Origin: Candidatus Tayloriibacteriota bacterium
GTDB taxonomy: Bacteria; Patescibacteriota; Minisyncoccia; Phycocordibacterales; PALSA-1337
DNA length: 57,505 bases
Direction of reading: 5' to 3'
Assembly: GCA_037129895.1 (NCBI GenBank)
Contig: JBAXUB010000007.1
Coordinates: 1-57,505 of the forward strand
The position numbers were made by a program, and so were the translations under genes. How positions within the stretch are numbered: position 1 is the first letter of the stretch; every line of letters starts with the position of its first letter. Under the pieces are notes generated by a model. That model made no database searches, had not been told where the DNA came from, and was given only the letters and a program-made list of their open reading frames with translations. This document shows, in pieces, positions 36,374-44,957 of this stretch.

Positions 36374-37630
36374 CTATTTACGACCTAGTATTGAATCCAG
36401 AGTATTCTTTCTGACAATCATTCGCGCTGGTATGTAGCCAGCTACTATCGTTGCGACTATGAGTAACGCCATACGAAGTAGTGTCCCAGTCAATGGCGCC
36501 ACTAATATTCCATCACTGAAAGGAAAGTCGATGGGGTATGCACGTATCAGTGGTTCTAAAACCAGATAGACGAGAGCAACACCAACAACTGATCCGGTTA
36601 TTGCGTAAAATATCGATTGGAAGATGTATGACATTTCTATCGCTTCACCTGATATGCCTATACCTTTCAATATCCCGATGAATTTACGTCTAGTAATGGC
36701 GTTAATAAATATAACGATAAATATTGTTATTGATGCTACAACCAAGCCTATAGAGCTCAACAAATTTCCTAGAAGCGCGAAGGTGTCGATCATGTCCTTG
36801 ATGAACTTTGGTTCCGCATCTGCAAACGTCTGAACTTTCGCAAAATGACCGACACCACTCTGGATCAGTGTGTCTCGTACCAGATTGGGATCAGACCCTG
36901 GTTTCAACTGGGCAACGATCTCGGAGACGTTGTAGTCATTTCGACCTATCAGGCTGCGAAATTGACTATCCACCATGAATGCTCTCATGCTAACTTCATC
37001 AACCTTGGCTTTGATTATTCCCTTAATAGTCACTTCGCGTTGTATACCATTGATATTCAGACGCACCTTAGTTCCAGGGCCCACGTCGTTTAGTGCCGTA
37101 AAACCTGGATTATCTATCGGCAAATACTTCTTGTTTAGGTATGCACCGAGCAGGATCTTATCATAATCACCAGGTTCCAAGTATGAGCCCTCAATCATAA
37201 ATTTTGATAAGCCGGTGATCTTGTCTTCAGCAATAGGGTCGATACCAACAATGTTCGTGGCGGCTATATTCGGTTTGTCATTTGTATTAGTTCTCGTCTT
37301 GTAGTTGGCTTCTATCGTACCTCCTTTCAAGTATCTAGAGCTAACATTTTCAACCTGTGGCAATGACTTCAAAATATTCAATACATTAGGGCTATTCTCT
37401 ATGTACGTCTTATTGTTCAGTGTTGAGATTATGATATCGCTAGTATAGTGCTCGCGGATCGAGTCAACAGCACCCTGGATAAGTCCTACCAATATTCCCG
37501 ATACAACTACGAGGTTCAAAAAAGTCAGTATCATCACAAAGATGATGAGTGATGTAGTCCATATACTAGACCTTTTGATTTGTCTTACTGCCAGAAATAA
37601 TCCGATTCTGGTATTTAATATAGAAAACAT
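36374..37630 (-). CDS. ABC transporter permease, FtsX/MacB-type
   Basis: 418 aa. TM1, a large extracytoplasmic domain, and a C-terminal FtsX-like three-TM bundle (RRKFIGILKGIGISG). Confidence 0.85.
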   Translation of the reverse strand: MFSILNTRIGLFLAVRQIKRSSIWTTSLIIFVMILTFLNLVVVSGILVGLIQGAVDSIREHYTSDIIISTLNNKTYIENSPNVLNILKSLPQVENVSSRYLKGGTIEANYKTRTNTNDKPNIAATNIVGIDPIAEDKITGLSKFMIEGSYLEPGDYDKILLGAYLNKKYLPIDNPGFTALNDVGPGTKVRLNINGIQREVTIKGIIKAKVDEVSMRAFMVDSQFRSLIGRNDYNVSEIVAQLKPGSDPNLVRDTLIQSGVGHFAKVQTFADAEPKFIKDMIDTFALLGNLLSSIGLVVASITIFIVIFINAITRRKFIGILKGIGISGEAIEMSYIFQSIFYAITGSVVGVALVYLVLEPLIRAYPIDFPFSDGILVAPLTGTLLRMALLIVATIVAGYIPARMIVRKNTLDSILGRK

Positions 37631-37633
37631 ATA

Positions 37634-39148
37634 TTAGTTGGGTTGATTCAGGATTATAATATCATTATCCTGTAGCCCTGATATTATCTCTATTTGACCA
37701 AATGATGAAATACCACCAGTTGTAACCTCATGTGGTACAGCTTTTCCGTTTTCATTTAACTGTACATACTTCTTGCCGTCTTTGGTAGTAATAATTCCCT
37801 GAGGTACCACAACAACATCAGATTTCTTCGCCGTTGTTATAATGACGTTGGCAGTCATGCCAGACTTTATACGATCATCGACATCATCGAATTGGAGCTT
37901 CGTCTTATAAGTTGAGACTCCATCTCTCACAGTCTCTGCAGGATCTATCGCTTGTATCGAAGCACCGAATTTTACTTCATCACCATACGCATCGAGAGTG
38001 ATATCAGCATGATTATTGAGAGAAATGGCAGCTATATTGATCTCTGGCACATAGCTATCGATCTCGAATGCTCCAACAGACATGAGTGAAATTTCAGAAA
38101 CCTGAGGTGAGGCGATCTCACCAACTTTCGCATCCATCTTGGTTATGATGCCATCAAAAGGGGCGACTATAGTAGTCTTGGATAGTTGTGCGCGAGTACT
38201 ATCGAGATCAGCCTGCGCAGCTCGTACACTAGCCAATTGCGCGTCAATCTTTTCTTTTGTTGTACCAGAAGATACCAGTGTCAATGATTCCTTAGCTGAA
38301 CTCCAGTTGGACTCTGCTGTTTGCTCAGTTGATGCAGCACTCGAAACGCTCTGTGCTCCTGCATTTACAGTCAATTTGTACTCATCGATAACAACTTGAG
38401 TCAATCCTGAACTTCCTGGTGTAAGATTGGCAACCGTAGAACCTAATCGATCAAAAAAACTTTTTGCAGCTGTCAGGCTATTATATGTTACAAGTCTTGC
38501 ATTATTGATAGAAGCAGTCGATGTTCCCATATTTGCAAGTGTCGATTTCCAATTGATGAGATTATCTCGAAGTACCAATCGATCAGATTCTAGCGATCTT
38601 TTTTCAGTATCACTCTGGGCTTGAATATTAAGTGTAGGATTTACGGAGTCGCCATTGGTGAATAGTGAATCAGCTTTGTTTTTGGTAGCGTACTCGGTCT
38701 GTAGATACGCACTCTTCATGGCGACACTAAGGGCTGAAATAGTGTCATCATATTTCTGTTGAGATACAGCAACCTCCTCAGGCCTTGTTCCGACTTTGAG
38801 CGACGCGAGGTTGGCAACTTCTTTCTCCAGATTGGCCTGCTTTTGGTATATATTTGACTTGATATCGCCATTGTCTATCGAAGCTATCACGGTTCCTGAT
38901 TTGACTGAGTCGCCAACCTTCACATGGATCGCGTTTACTCTACCACTTTGATCGAAACCTAGATTGGCATACTGTTTTGCGACGACTTTCCCAGAAACAG
39001 AGACAGTACTCACGAATTCGGAAGGGTGTATGATCAATGTCCGCAACTTTGTACTAGATTTGGAAAATACTAGTACAATGATGATCACTATACATATAAG
39101 TGCGATTATTGAATAAATGTAAAAGTTCTTCTTGGATCGTTTTTTCAT
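37634..39148 (-). CDS. HlyD/MacA-family membrane fusion (periplasmic adaptor) protein
   Basis: 504 aa. N-terminal TM helix, a lipoyl-like half-motif (GKVVAKQYANLGFDQSGRV..VKVGDSVKSGTVIASID), a long coiled-coil, and a beta-barrel C-terminus. Confidence 0.82.
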   Translation of the reverse strand: MKKRSKKNFYIYSIIALICIVIIIVLVFSKSSTKLRTLIIHPSEFVSTVSVSGKVVAKQYANLGFDQSGRVNAIHVKVGDSVKSGTVIASIDNGDIKSNIYQKQANLEKEVANLASLKVGTRPEEVAVSQQKYDDTISALSVAMKSAYLQTEYATKNKADSLFTNGDSVNPTLNIQAQSDTEKRSLESDRLVLRDNLINWKSTLANMGTSTASINNARLVTYNSLTAAKSFFDRLGSTVANLTPGSSGLTQVVIDEYKLTVNAGAQSVSSAASTEQTAESNWSSAKESLTLVSSGTTKEKIDAQLASVRAAQADLDSTRAQLSKTTIVAPFDGIITKMDAKVGEIASPQVSEISLMSVGAFEIDSYVPEINIAAISLNNHADITLDAYGDEVKFGASIQAIDPAETVRDGVSTYKTKLQFDDVDDRIKSGMTANVIITTAKKSDVVVVPQGIITTKDGKKYVQLNENGKAVPHEVTTGGISSFGQIEIISGLQDNDIIILNQPN

Positions 39149-39233
39149 AATTTGTACAATATATATTTAATAGGCCTGTAAAAGTATCGCTAAACATTAT
39201 ACAGGATTGTATGATATATTTAAAGTCTAGATT

Positions 39234-40283
39234 ATGTATAAATACTTTTTAAAGCCCATATTATTCAGATTTGACCCAGAAGTTGTCCATGATTTCTTCA
39301 TATGGACAGGTAAATGGCTAGGCAGGTGTTACCTTGGAAGGAAATTGATCGATGTGGTGTATGGATATCACGGAAAAGATATTTCAAAGACTGTCGATGG
39401 TATAACATATCGCACACCTTTCTTGCTTTCTGCAGGTTTCGACTACAATGCTAACTTGTTTAACATTTTGCCACACATAGGACTTGGTGGCGAAGAGGCC
39501 GGATCTGTAACCGCGAAACCCTGCGACGGTAATCCAAAACCTAGACTCAAGAGATTGCCTCGATCGAGGAGTATAATCGTCAACAAAGGCTTGAGAAATG
39601 ACGGTGTCCTCAAAATTATCGACAAATTGAAGAAGAAAGGCGATAATAGTTCTGACAAATTCATTGTTGGCGTCTCTATCGCCAAGACCAATTGTAATGA
39701 TGCGGCAACTGTTGATGGTGCGATTGAGGATTATGCATATTCCTTCAGACTTTTGAATGAAGAAAAGGTAGGCGACTACTATACGATCAACATCTCATGC
39801 CCGAATGCGTATGGTGGGGAAGCATTCATAACCGCTCCATTACTGGAAAAACTACTGGCTGATCTATCGAAAGTACCTTGTGATAAGCCTATTTATGTAA
39901 AGATGCCGATCAATATCCCTTGGGATCAGTTCGACTCGTTATTGAGCATCATTGATAGATACAAATTACATGGTGTTGTTATAGGTAATTTGAACAAGGA
40001 TTATGATTCACTAGAGTATAGAGATGAAGCCCCAGCTGATTTCCATGGTGGCTTGTCAGGAAAGCCGACTAAAGCACTTTCAACAGAGCTAATACGTAAG
40101 ACTCGCCAAAAATATGGCCGTAGATTCACCATAATGGGCGTTGGTGGTGTTATGTCGCCCGAGGACGCCAGGGAGAAGTTCGACGCTGGTGCAGATCTCA
40201 TACAACTCATTACTGGAATGATCTATGAAGGACCGGGGCTTATAAAGAAATTGTGTAAGTGGTATGCGGAATATGTAGATTAA
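39234..40283 (+). CDS. pyrD: Dihydroorotate dehydrogenase, class-2-like scaffold with Cys at the catalytic-base position
   Basis: 349 aa. Class-2-like N-terminal extension (FLKPILFRFDPEVVH), GNPKPRLKRL, INISCPNA, GGLSGKP, IMGVGGV. Confidence 0.85.
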   Translation: MYKYFLKPILFRFDPEVVHDFFIWTGKWLGRCYLGRKLIDVVYGYHGKDISKTVDGITYRTPFLLSAGFDYNANLFNILPHIGLGGEEAGSVTAKPCDGNPKPRLKRLPRSRSIIVNKGLRNDGVLKIIDKLKKKGDNSSDKFIVGVSIAKTNCNDAATVDGAIEDYAYSFRLLNEEKVGDYYTINISCPNAYGGEAFITAPLLEKLLADLSKVPCDKPIYVKMPINIPWDQFDSLLSIIDRYKLHGVVIGNLNKDYDSLEYRDEAPADFHGGLSGKPTKALSTELIRKTRQKYGRRFTIMGVGGVMSPEDAREKFDAGADLIQLITGMIYEGPGLIKKLCKWYAEYVD

Positions 40284-40325
40284 TATTTGATATTTTGGGA
40301 TATATTGGCATATCAAATAAAATAG

Positions 40326-40354
40326 AAAGGCGGCCCGTAGTTTGGACCGCCTTT
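40326..40354. terminator. Bidirectional hairpin between convergent pyrD and the 149-aa ORF
   Basis: aaaggcgg-N13-ccgccttt (8-bp stem), A-rich on the 5' side and T-rich on the 3' side. Confidence 0.55.
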
Positions 40355-40380
40355 GTGTGTCTAAAGATCAACTGGTCAAA

Positions 40381-40830
40381 TTAATGGCACATACTAGCCG
40401 CGAAGTGACGAATGCAGCGATCTGTGGTTTTGAAACGCCTCATCGATTTGCAGCGCGCGGTATAGATGACCTTGTCTTTCTGATGCTTGGCCAGATTGAT
40501 GATGAGTTTGATACACTTGATCACCCTACTGATAACGCGGCTGATGTGTTCTTCGGCCGTCACGATGACGACCGGAATGAAAATGCCAAAACGGTGCGAC
40601 TTTTCGAACTTCCTTTTTCCACGTGCCGAACTTTTGACTTGGAGCGGGATATCCATCCCGTTCTCGAGTCGGACGAGGAAGTCAATGCCACGACGATCCA
40701 GGTTTGAATTGGGATCGGCGTGAATATAACTACGTATCGGCGGCAGGTCATCACTCTTCTTTCTGCTGATGGTTTGAATAGCCTGCTCAACCAACGCTTC
40801 GCTAGCTGCACCGCGATGTACTCTAGTCAT
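40381..40830 (-). CDS. Hypothetical protein, possible PD-(D/E)xK nuclease fold, in a GC-richer islet
   Basis: 149 aa. RGIDFLV ... IPLQVKSS ... IPVVIV spacing resembles the D...(E/Q)xK core. Four overlapping long ORFs here signal a local composition shift. Confidence 0.4.
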   Translation of the reverse strand: MTRVHRGAASEALVEQAIQTISRKKSDDLPPIRSYIHADPNSNLDRRGIDFLVRLENGMDIPLQVKSSARGKRKFEKSHRFGIFIPVVIVTAEEHISRVISRVIKCIKLIINLAKHQKDKVIYTARCKSMRRFKTTDRCIRHFAASMCH

Positions 40831-41009
40831 AATTGTTAACGTTTTCTAACTAGATGAGAACACCTCACCTTTCTGGTTTGAAGTCTACCACTGGACACAT
40901 CTTGTGCAAGGCTTTTGGCTGTGTATAACTAAATAATCATGCTACAATAATCGAGATAAATGTTGTGTTCGATTTATTCAATTTGAATTAATTTAATAAT
41001 ATATAGCAT

Positions 41010-42041
41010 ATGAAAAAAATTCGTGTTGCAATCAATGGTTTTGGTAGGATCGGTAGGGCATTCCTGAAAGTCGCCAGAGAAAGACAGGAGATAGAGATTG
41101 TTGCTATCAATGATCTAGGTGACATCAAGAATTTTGCATACTTACTGAAGTACGATACGGCCTACGGTGTCAGTCAATTCGATGTTGCTATCAATGAAAA
41201 GACCAACTCTTTGGTCGTTGACGGTGCTGAAGTTCTGTTTATCAGTGAAAAAGATCCTACACAATTGCCTTGGAAGAAACTCGACATCGACATTGTTGTT
41301 GAAGCTACCGGGCTGTTTACCTCTAGTGATAAGGCTCAAGCTCATATTGATGCTGGTGCAAAGAGAGTAGTCGTAACGGCACCTGTCAAAGACGCTCCTG
41401 ATTCGAAAGTAAAAGGTGAAACCGTACTCATGTCTATGAACGAGGCCAAACTGGAGGGTTGTCGTATATCATCGAATGCATCGTGTACAACCAATGCTGG
41501 ATCTCCACTTATTGCCATCTTGGATGAAACTATAGGTATTGAGAAGGCTCTACTCAATACTGTTCACGCATATACTGCATCACAGGCTTTAGTCGACGGT
41601 CCTTCAAAGAAAGATCTTCGTGAAGGTCGTGCTGCTGCACAGAATATCGTTCCGTCATCAACTGGTGCAGCTATAGCTGTTACACAGGTGATGCCTCATT
41701 TGAAAGGTCTATTTGACGGAATATCTATTCGTGTACCTGTAGTTACTGGATCTATCGTCGACATTACATTCATTTCCAAGAGAGAAACTTCTGTCGAGGA
41801 AGTCAACAAACTATTGAAGAAAGCTGCTGCCGAGGACAGGTGGAGGAATATCTTTACTACTACTGAGGAAGATCTAGTTTCGCATGACATCATAGGTAAT
41901 AGGCATGCCTCGATCGCCGACCTCGCTTTTACTCGAGTTGTCGGTGGTAACTTGGTCAAAGTTATGGCTTGGTATGATAATGAAATGGGGTATACGTATA
42001 CATTGGTGGAGCATGTGATTAAGGCGGGGAGGTTAATCTAA
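41010..42041 (+). CDS. gap: Glyceraldehyde-3-phosphate dehydrogenase
   Basis: 343 aa. INGFGRIGR, active-site SNASCTTN, WYDNEMGY C-terminal signature. Confidence 0.97.
   Translation: MKKIRVAINGFGRIGRAFLKVARERQEIEIVAINDLGDIKNFAYLLKYDTAYGVSQFDVAINEKTNSLVVDGAEVLFISEKDPTQLPWKKLDIDIVVEATGLFTSSDKAQAHIDAGAKRVVVTAPVKDAPDSKVKGETVLMSMNEAKLEGCRISSNASCTTNAGSPLIAILDETIGIEKALLNTVHAYTASQALVDGPSKKDLREGRAAAQNIVPSSTGAAIAVTQVMPHLKGLFDGISIRVPVVTGSIVDITFISKRETSVEEVNKLLKKAAAEDRWRNIFTTTEEDLVSHDIIGNRHASIADLAFTRVVGGNLVKVMAWYDNEMGYTYTLVEHVIKAGRLI
41969..42041 (+). repeat. gap 3'-terminal segment, copy A (functional)
   Basis: 73 nt, repeated at 42314-42386. The first 33 nt are identical. Confidence 0.9.
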
Positions 42042-42051
42042 CTTAACTAAA

Positions 42052-42306
42052 ATGGAAATCAGTATTGGCGAAAGAATCTTTGACTTCAGTGTAGCATTCC
42101 TCTTATTTGTAGGTGTTCTATATACTGCTTATAGAGGAAAGTTGTTTATAGGTCTCGGATTTGGCCCAATGCAAGATCCTAGAACACCAACTCAAAAGTC
42201 AAATCCACCGGCATACTGGGCATTAACAATCTTCTGGGTCCTATTCCTTGTCAGTGGTATGGTTATAATAGTCTGGTTCCCAGATTGGATACCAAGACAC
42301 CAATAA
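42052..42306 (+). CDS. Small two-TM membrane protein lying between the two gap-tail copies
   Basis: 84 aa with two hydrophobic helices and a Pro-rich loop. No recognisable family. Confidence 0.5.
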   Translation: MEISIGERIFDFSVAFLLFVGVLYTAYRGKLFIGLGFGPMQDPRTPTQKSNPPAYWALTIFWVLFLVSGMVIIVWFPDWIPRHQ

Positions 42307-42313
42307 ACATAGG

Positions 42314-42386
42314 TTGGTATGATAATGAAATGGGGTATACGTATACGCTGGTCGAGCATGTTATAAAAGTGGGGAGGTTAGTCTAA
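42314..42386 (+). repeat. Orphan copy B of the gap 3' end (relic, includes its own TAA)
   Basis: Reads WYDNEMGYTYTLVEHVIKVGRLV* in the gap-equivalent frame. It differs from copy A by 6 synonymous and 2 conservative substitutions. Confidence 0.9.
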
Positions 42387-42398
42387 TCAATTAAGCAA

Positions 42399-42665
42399 AT
42401 GGATCCTCAAACAAAAATCAAAGGAAAATCTGCATTAGTGGTCCTTGGAATTGTGATTATTGCGTTTGCTGTACTGGTCTTTGGGTCATACAAGATTGGA
42501 ATGTTGAGAGCTATGGGTGCATTAATCACTTTTTATGGATTAGTGACATTCATTGGTGGAATTTATGCTATTGCAAGAAAAAAGGATAACGTAATGATGA
42601 AAAACGGTACGATTGTTATTACTGGAATTTTGACGATCGCACTTGGTCTGGTATTCATTATTTAG
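42399..42665 (+). CDS. Small three-TM membrane protein
   Basis: 88 aa and hydrophobic, 12 nt after the relic gap stop. No recognisable family. Confidence 0.5.
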   Translation: MDPQTKIKGKSALVVLGIVIIAFAVLVFGSYKIGMLRAMGALITFYGLVTFIGGIYAIARKKDNVMMKNGTIVITGILTIALGLVFII

Positions 42666-42802
42666 GATGGTGTCGCATTGAAATAAGGCATACCTATACA
42701 CCTTTACCCCCCAGTAAAATTCGTCAACTTTTTTGATGCTTTTTACTGGGAGTGAATACTACATATGCCGTGAGAGCCTTGTTGTGAGATGATTTGCAGC
42801 AA

Positions 42803-42831
42803 TTGGTAAAATATCCTAGTTGTACTATAAT
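42803..42831 (+). promoter_or_regulatory. Candidate sigma70-type promoter for rpiB
   Basis: TTGGTA (42803-42808), 17-nt spacer, TATAAT (42826-42831). Confidence 0.45.
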
Positions 42832-42851
42832 TAGCTCTAATACCTATCAAC

Positions 42852-43334
42852 ATGAACATCATCCTTGCATCAGATCACGCAGGCTTCGCATTGAAAGAAA
42901 TAATAAAAAAGCACCTAACGTCAAAAGGCTTGGCGGTACTCGACGTTGGTGCACATGAACTAGTGCCTGGTGACGACTATCCGACTTACATGATAGCCGC
43001 TGCAATGAAGGTTGCTGCAGATATAAAAGGTGAGACAAAAGCCATCATATTCGGTAAAACTGGACAAGGTGAAGCGATGGTAGCCAATAGATTCCCAGGA
43101 GTTAGAGCTGCAGTCTGGTATGGAAATCTGTCGAAAATTGATGGGGAAAATACAGGCGCTGATGCCGTCACCAAACTGTCTCGTGAACATAATGACGCCA
43201 ATATCTTATCTATAGGAGCCGGGCTGGTCACAGAAGAAGAAGCAAAGAGAGCTATAGATTCCTGGCTTGCAACTGCATTCAGTGGAGACGAGAGACATGA
43301 GAGGAGGATCAAACAGATGGACAATATTGAGTAG
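42852..43334 (+). CDS. rpiB: Ribose-5-phosphate isomerase B
   Basis: 160 aa. MNIILASDHAGFALKE start and overall RpiB/LacAB length. Confidence 0.9.
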   Translation: MNIILASDHAGFALKEIIKKHLTSKGLAVLDVGAHELVPGDDYPTYMIAAAMKVAADIKGETKAIIFGKTGQGEAMVANRFPGVRAAVWYGNLSKIDGENTGADAVTKLSREHNDANILSIGAGLVTEEEAKRAIDSWLATAFSGDERHERRIKQMDNIE

Positions 43335-43363
43335 ATCAGATTATCTGCTACAATGAACGCATA

Positions 43364-44044
43364 ATGAAACAGCAAAGCCGCCCAGAGATCATACCTGCAA
43401 TATTACCAGTAGACTTTCTGGACCTTACAGACAAGATCGAGATGGTATTGGGATTTACAAAGACGATACAAGTCGATATTTGTGACGGCCAATTCACCCC
43501 TTCACCATCATGGCCGTATAGAAAGCATGACGATAGTTTCGAAAAACTAGCCGCCCAAGAAGACGGCTTACCGGGTTGGGAGAAGCTCGACTACGAGTTT
43601 GATCTCATGGTCAATAGACCAGAGGAGATAGTTCTACAATGGGTAGAAGTCGGAGCTACTAGGATCATCATTCACGCCGAATCAAAAGGCGATATTACCG
43701 AGGCTCTAGCAAGGCTAGACGGCAAAGCTGAAGTCGGCATTGCGCTCGGTATGGATACACCTATAGACGTACTAGAACAATACATTGGCAAGTTCTCGAC
43801 AGTACAACTCATGGCTATTGATAGGATCGGCTACCAAGGCCAGTCATTCAATGTTGCGGTAATAGAGAAAATCAAGGCAGTAAAGCAGAGATACCCGGAA
43901 CTTCTCATATCCGTAGATGGTGGCGTCAATCTAGATAATGCCGCGAGTCTCATCGATGCAGGAGCAAACAGACTGATCGTTGGTTCTGCAATATTCGAAT
44001 CAGATAATCCATTGGATACAGTGCAGAAGTTCAATCATTTGTAG
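43364..44044 (+). CDS. rpe: Ribulose-phosphate 3-epimerase-family TIM-barrel protein (divergent metal site)
   Basis: 226 aa. IIPAILPVDF, VDICDG, IIIHAES, GYQGQSF, SVDGGVN and IVGSAIF align to Rpe. TGcTACAAT at 43346-43354 lies 9 nt before the ATG. Confidence 0.75.
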   Translation: MKQQSRPEIIPAILPVDFLDLTDKIEMVLGFTKTIQVDICDGQFTPSPSWPYRKHDDSFEKLAAQEDGLPGWEKLDYEFDLMVNRPEEIVLQWVEVGATRIIIHAESKGDITEALARLDGKAEVGIALGMDTPIDVLEQYIGKFSTVQLMAIDRIGYQGQSFNVAVIEKIKAVKQRYPELLISVDGGVNLDNAASLIDAGANRLIVGSAIFESDNPLDTVQKFNHL

Positions 44045-44112
44045 GATAATTGTGTGTTATAATTAGTGCATCAATTTTGAGTTGCTCAAATGTGAAGCTT
44101 TACATAATATAT

Positions 44113-44946
44113 ATGTCCTTGACACAAGATAAAATACATTTACTCGAGAAGAAAGCGACAGCTATACGCCGCTCTGTAGTAGATATGTTGATCGAGGCAA
44201 AATCAGGTCACCTTGCTGGTGCGCTAGGAATGGCTGATATATTTACATACCTATATTTTTACGGCCTGAAACACGATCCAAAGAATCCAAAATGGAAATA
44301 TCGAGATAGATTAGTATTGTCGAACGGCCATATTTGTCCAGTACTTTATGCTTCAATGGCTCATTCCGGTTATTTCCCAGTCGCCGAGTTAAAAACTCTG
44401 AGAAAATTCGATTCACGACTGCAAGGACATCCTCATCGTGATTTTTTGCCGATGTTAGAGACATCATCTGGACCACTTGGCTCTGGACTATCACAAACCA
44501 TAGGTATGGCTCTAGCAGATCGTATTGATAGCGGAAAATCATCTGGCCGTGAATTTTACTGCTTGATGAGTGATGGAGAATTGGACGAAGGCAATTCCTG
44601 GGAGGCTATTATGTTAGCTGCCAGAGAGAAGATACAGAATCTCACAGTCATCATAGATCGTAACAATATCCAGATAGATGGCTATACCGAGGAGATTATG
44701 CCCTTGAATCCTCTAGTCGATAAATGGCGATCATTCAATTGGCATGTCCAAGAGATCAACGGACATGACTTTAGAGAGATCGACAGGGCAGTCACTGAAG
44801 CCAGATCTGTGTTTGGTAGACCATCTGTCATCATCGCACATACGATACCATCGAAGGGTATACCATCATTTGAAAAGAAGTTCGAATGGCACGGAAAGCC
44901 ACCGATGACAGCAGCCGAGATCAAGACTGCTAGAAACGTAGAATAA
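44113..44946 (+). CDS. tkt: Transketolase, N-terminal (TPP-binding) subunit
   Basis: An ATG at 44113 gives 277 aa. GHLAGALGMADI, LSNGH and SDGELDEGNSWEA motifs. The upstream ORF extension is rejected. Confidence 0.92.
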   Translation: MSLTQDKIHLLEKKATAIRRSVVDMLIEAKSGHLAGALGMADIFTYLYFYGLKHDPKNPKWKYRDRLVLSNGHICPVLYASMAHSGYFPVAELKTLRKFDSRLQGHPHRDFLPMLETSSGPLGSGLSQTIGMALADRIDSGKSSGREFYCLMSDGELDEGNSWEAIMLAAREKIQNLTVIIDRNNIQIDGYTEEIMPLNPLVDKWRSFNWHVQEINGHDFREIDRAVTEARSVFGRPSVIIAHTIPSKGIPSFEKKFEWHGKPPMTAAEIKTARNVE

Positions 44947-44957
44947 TTAATCGAAAT

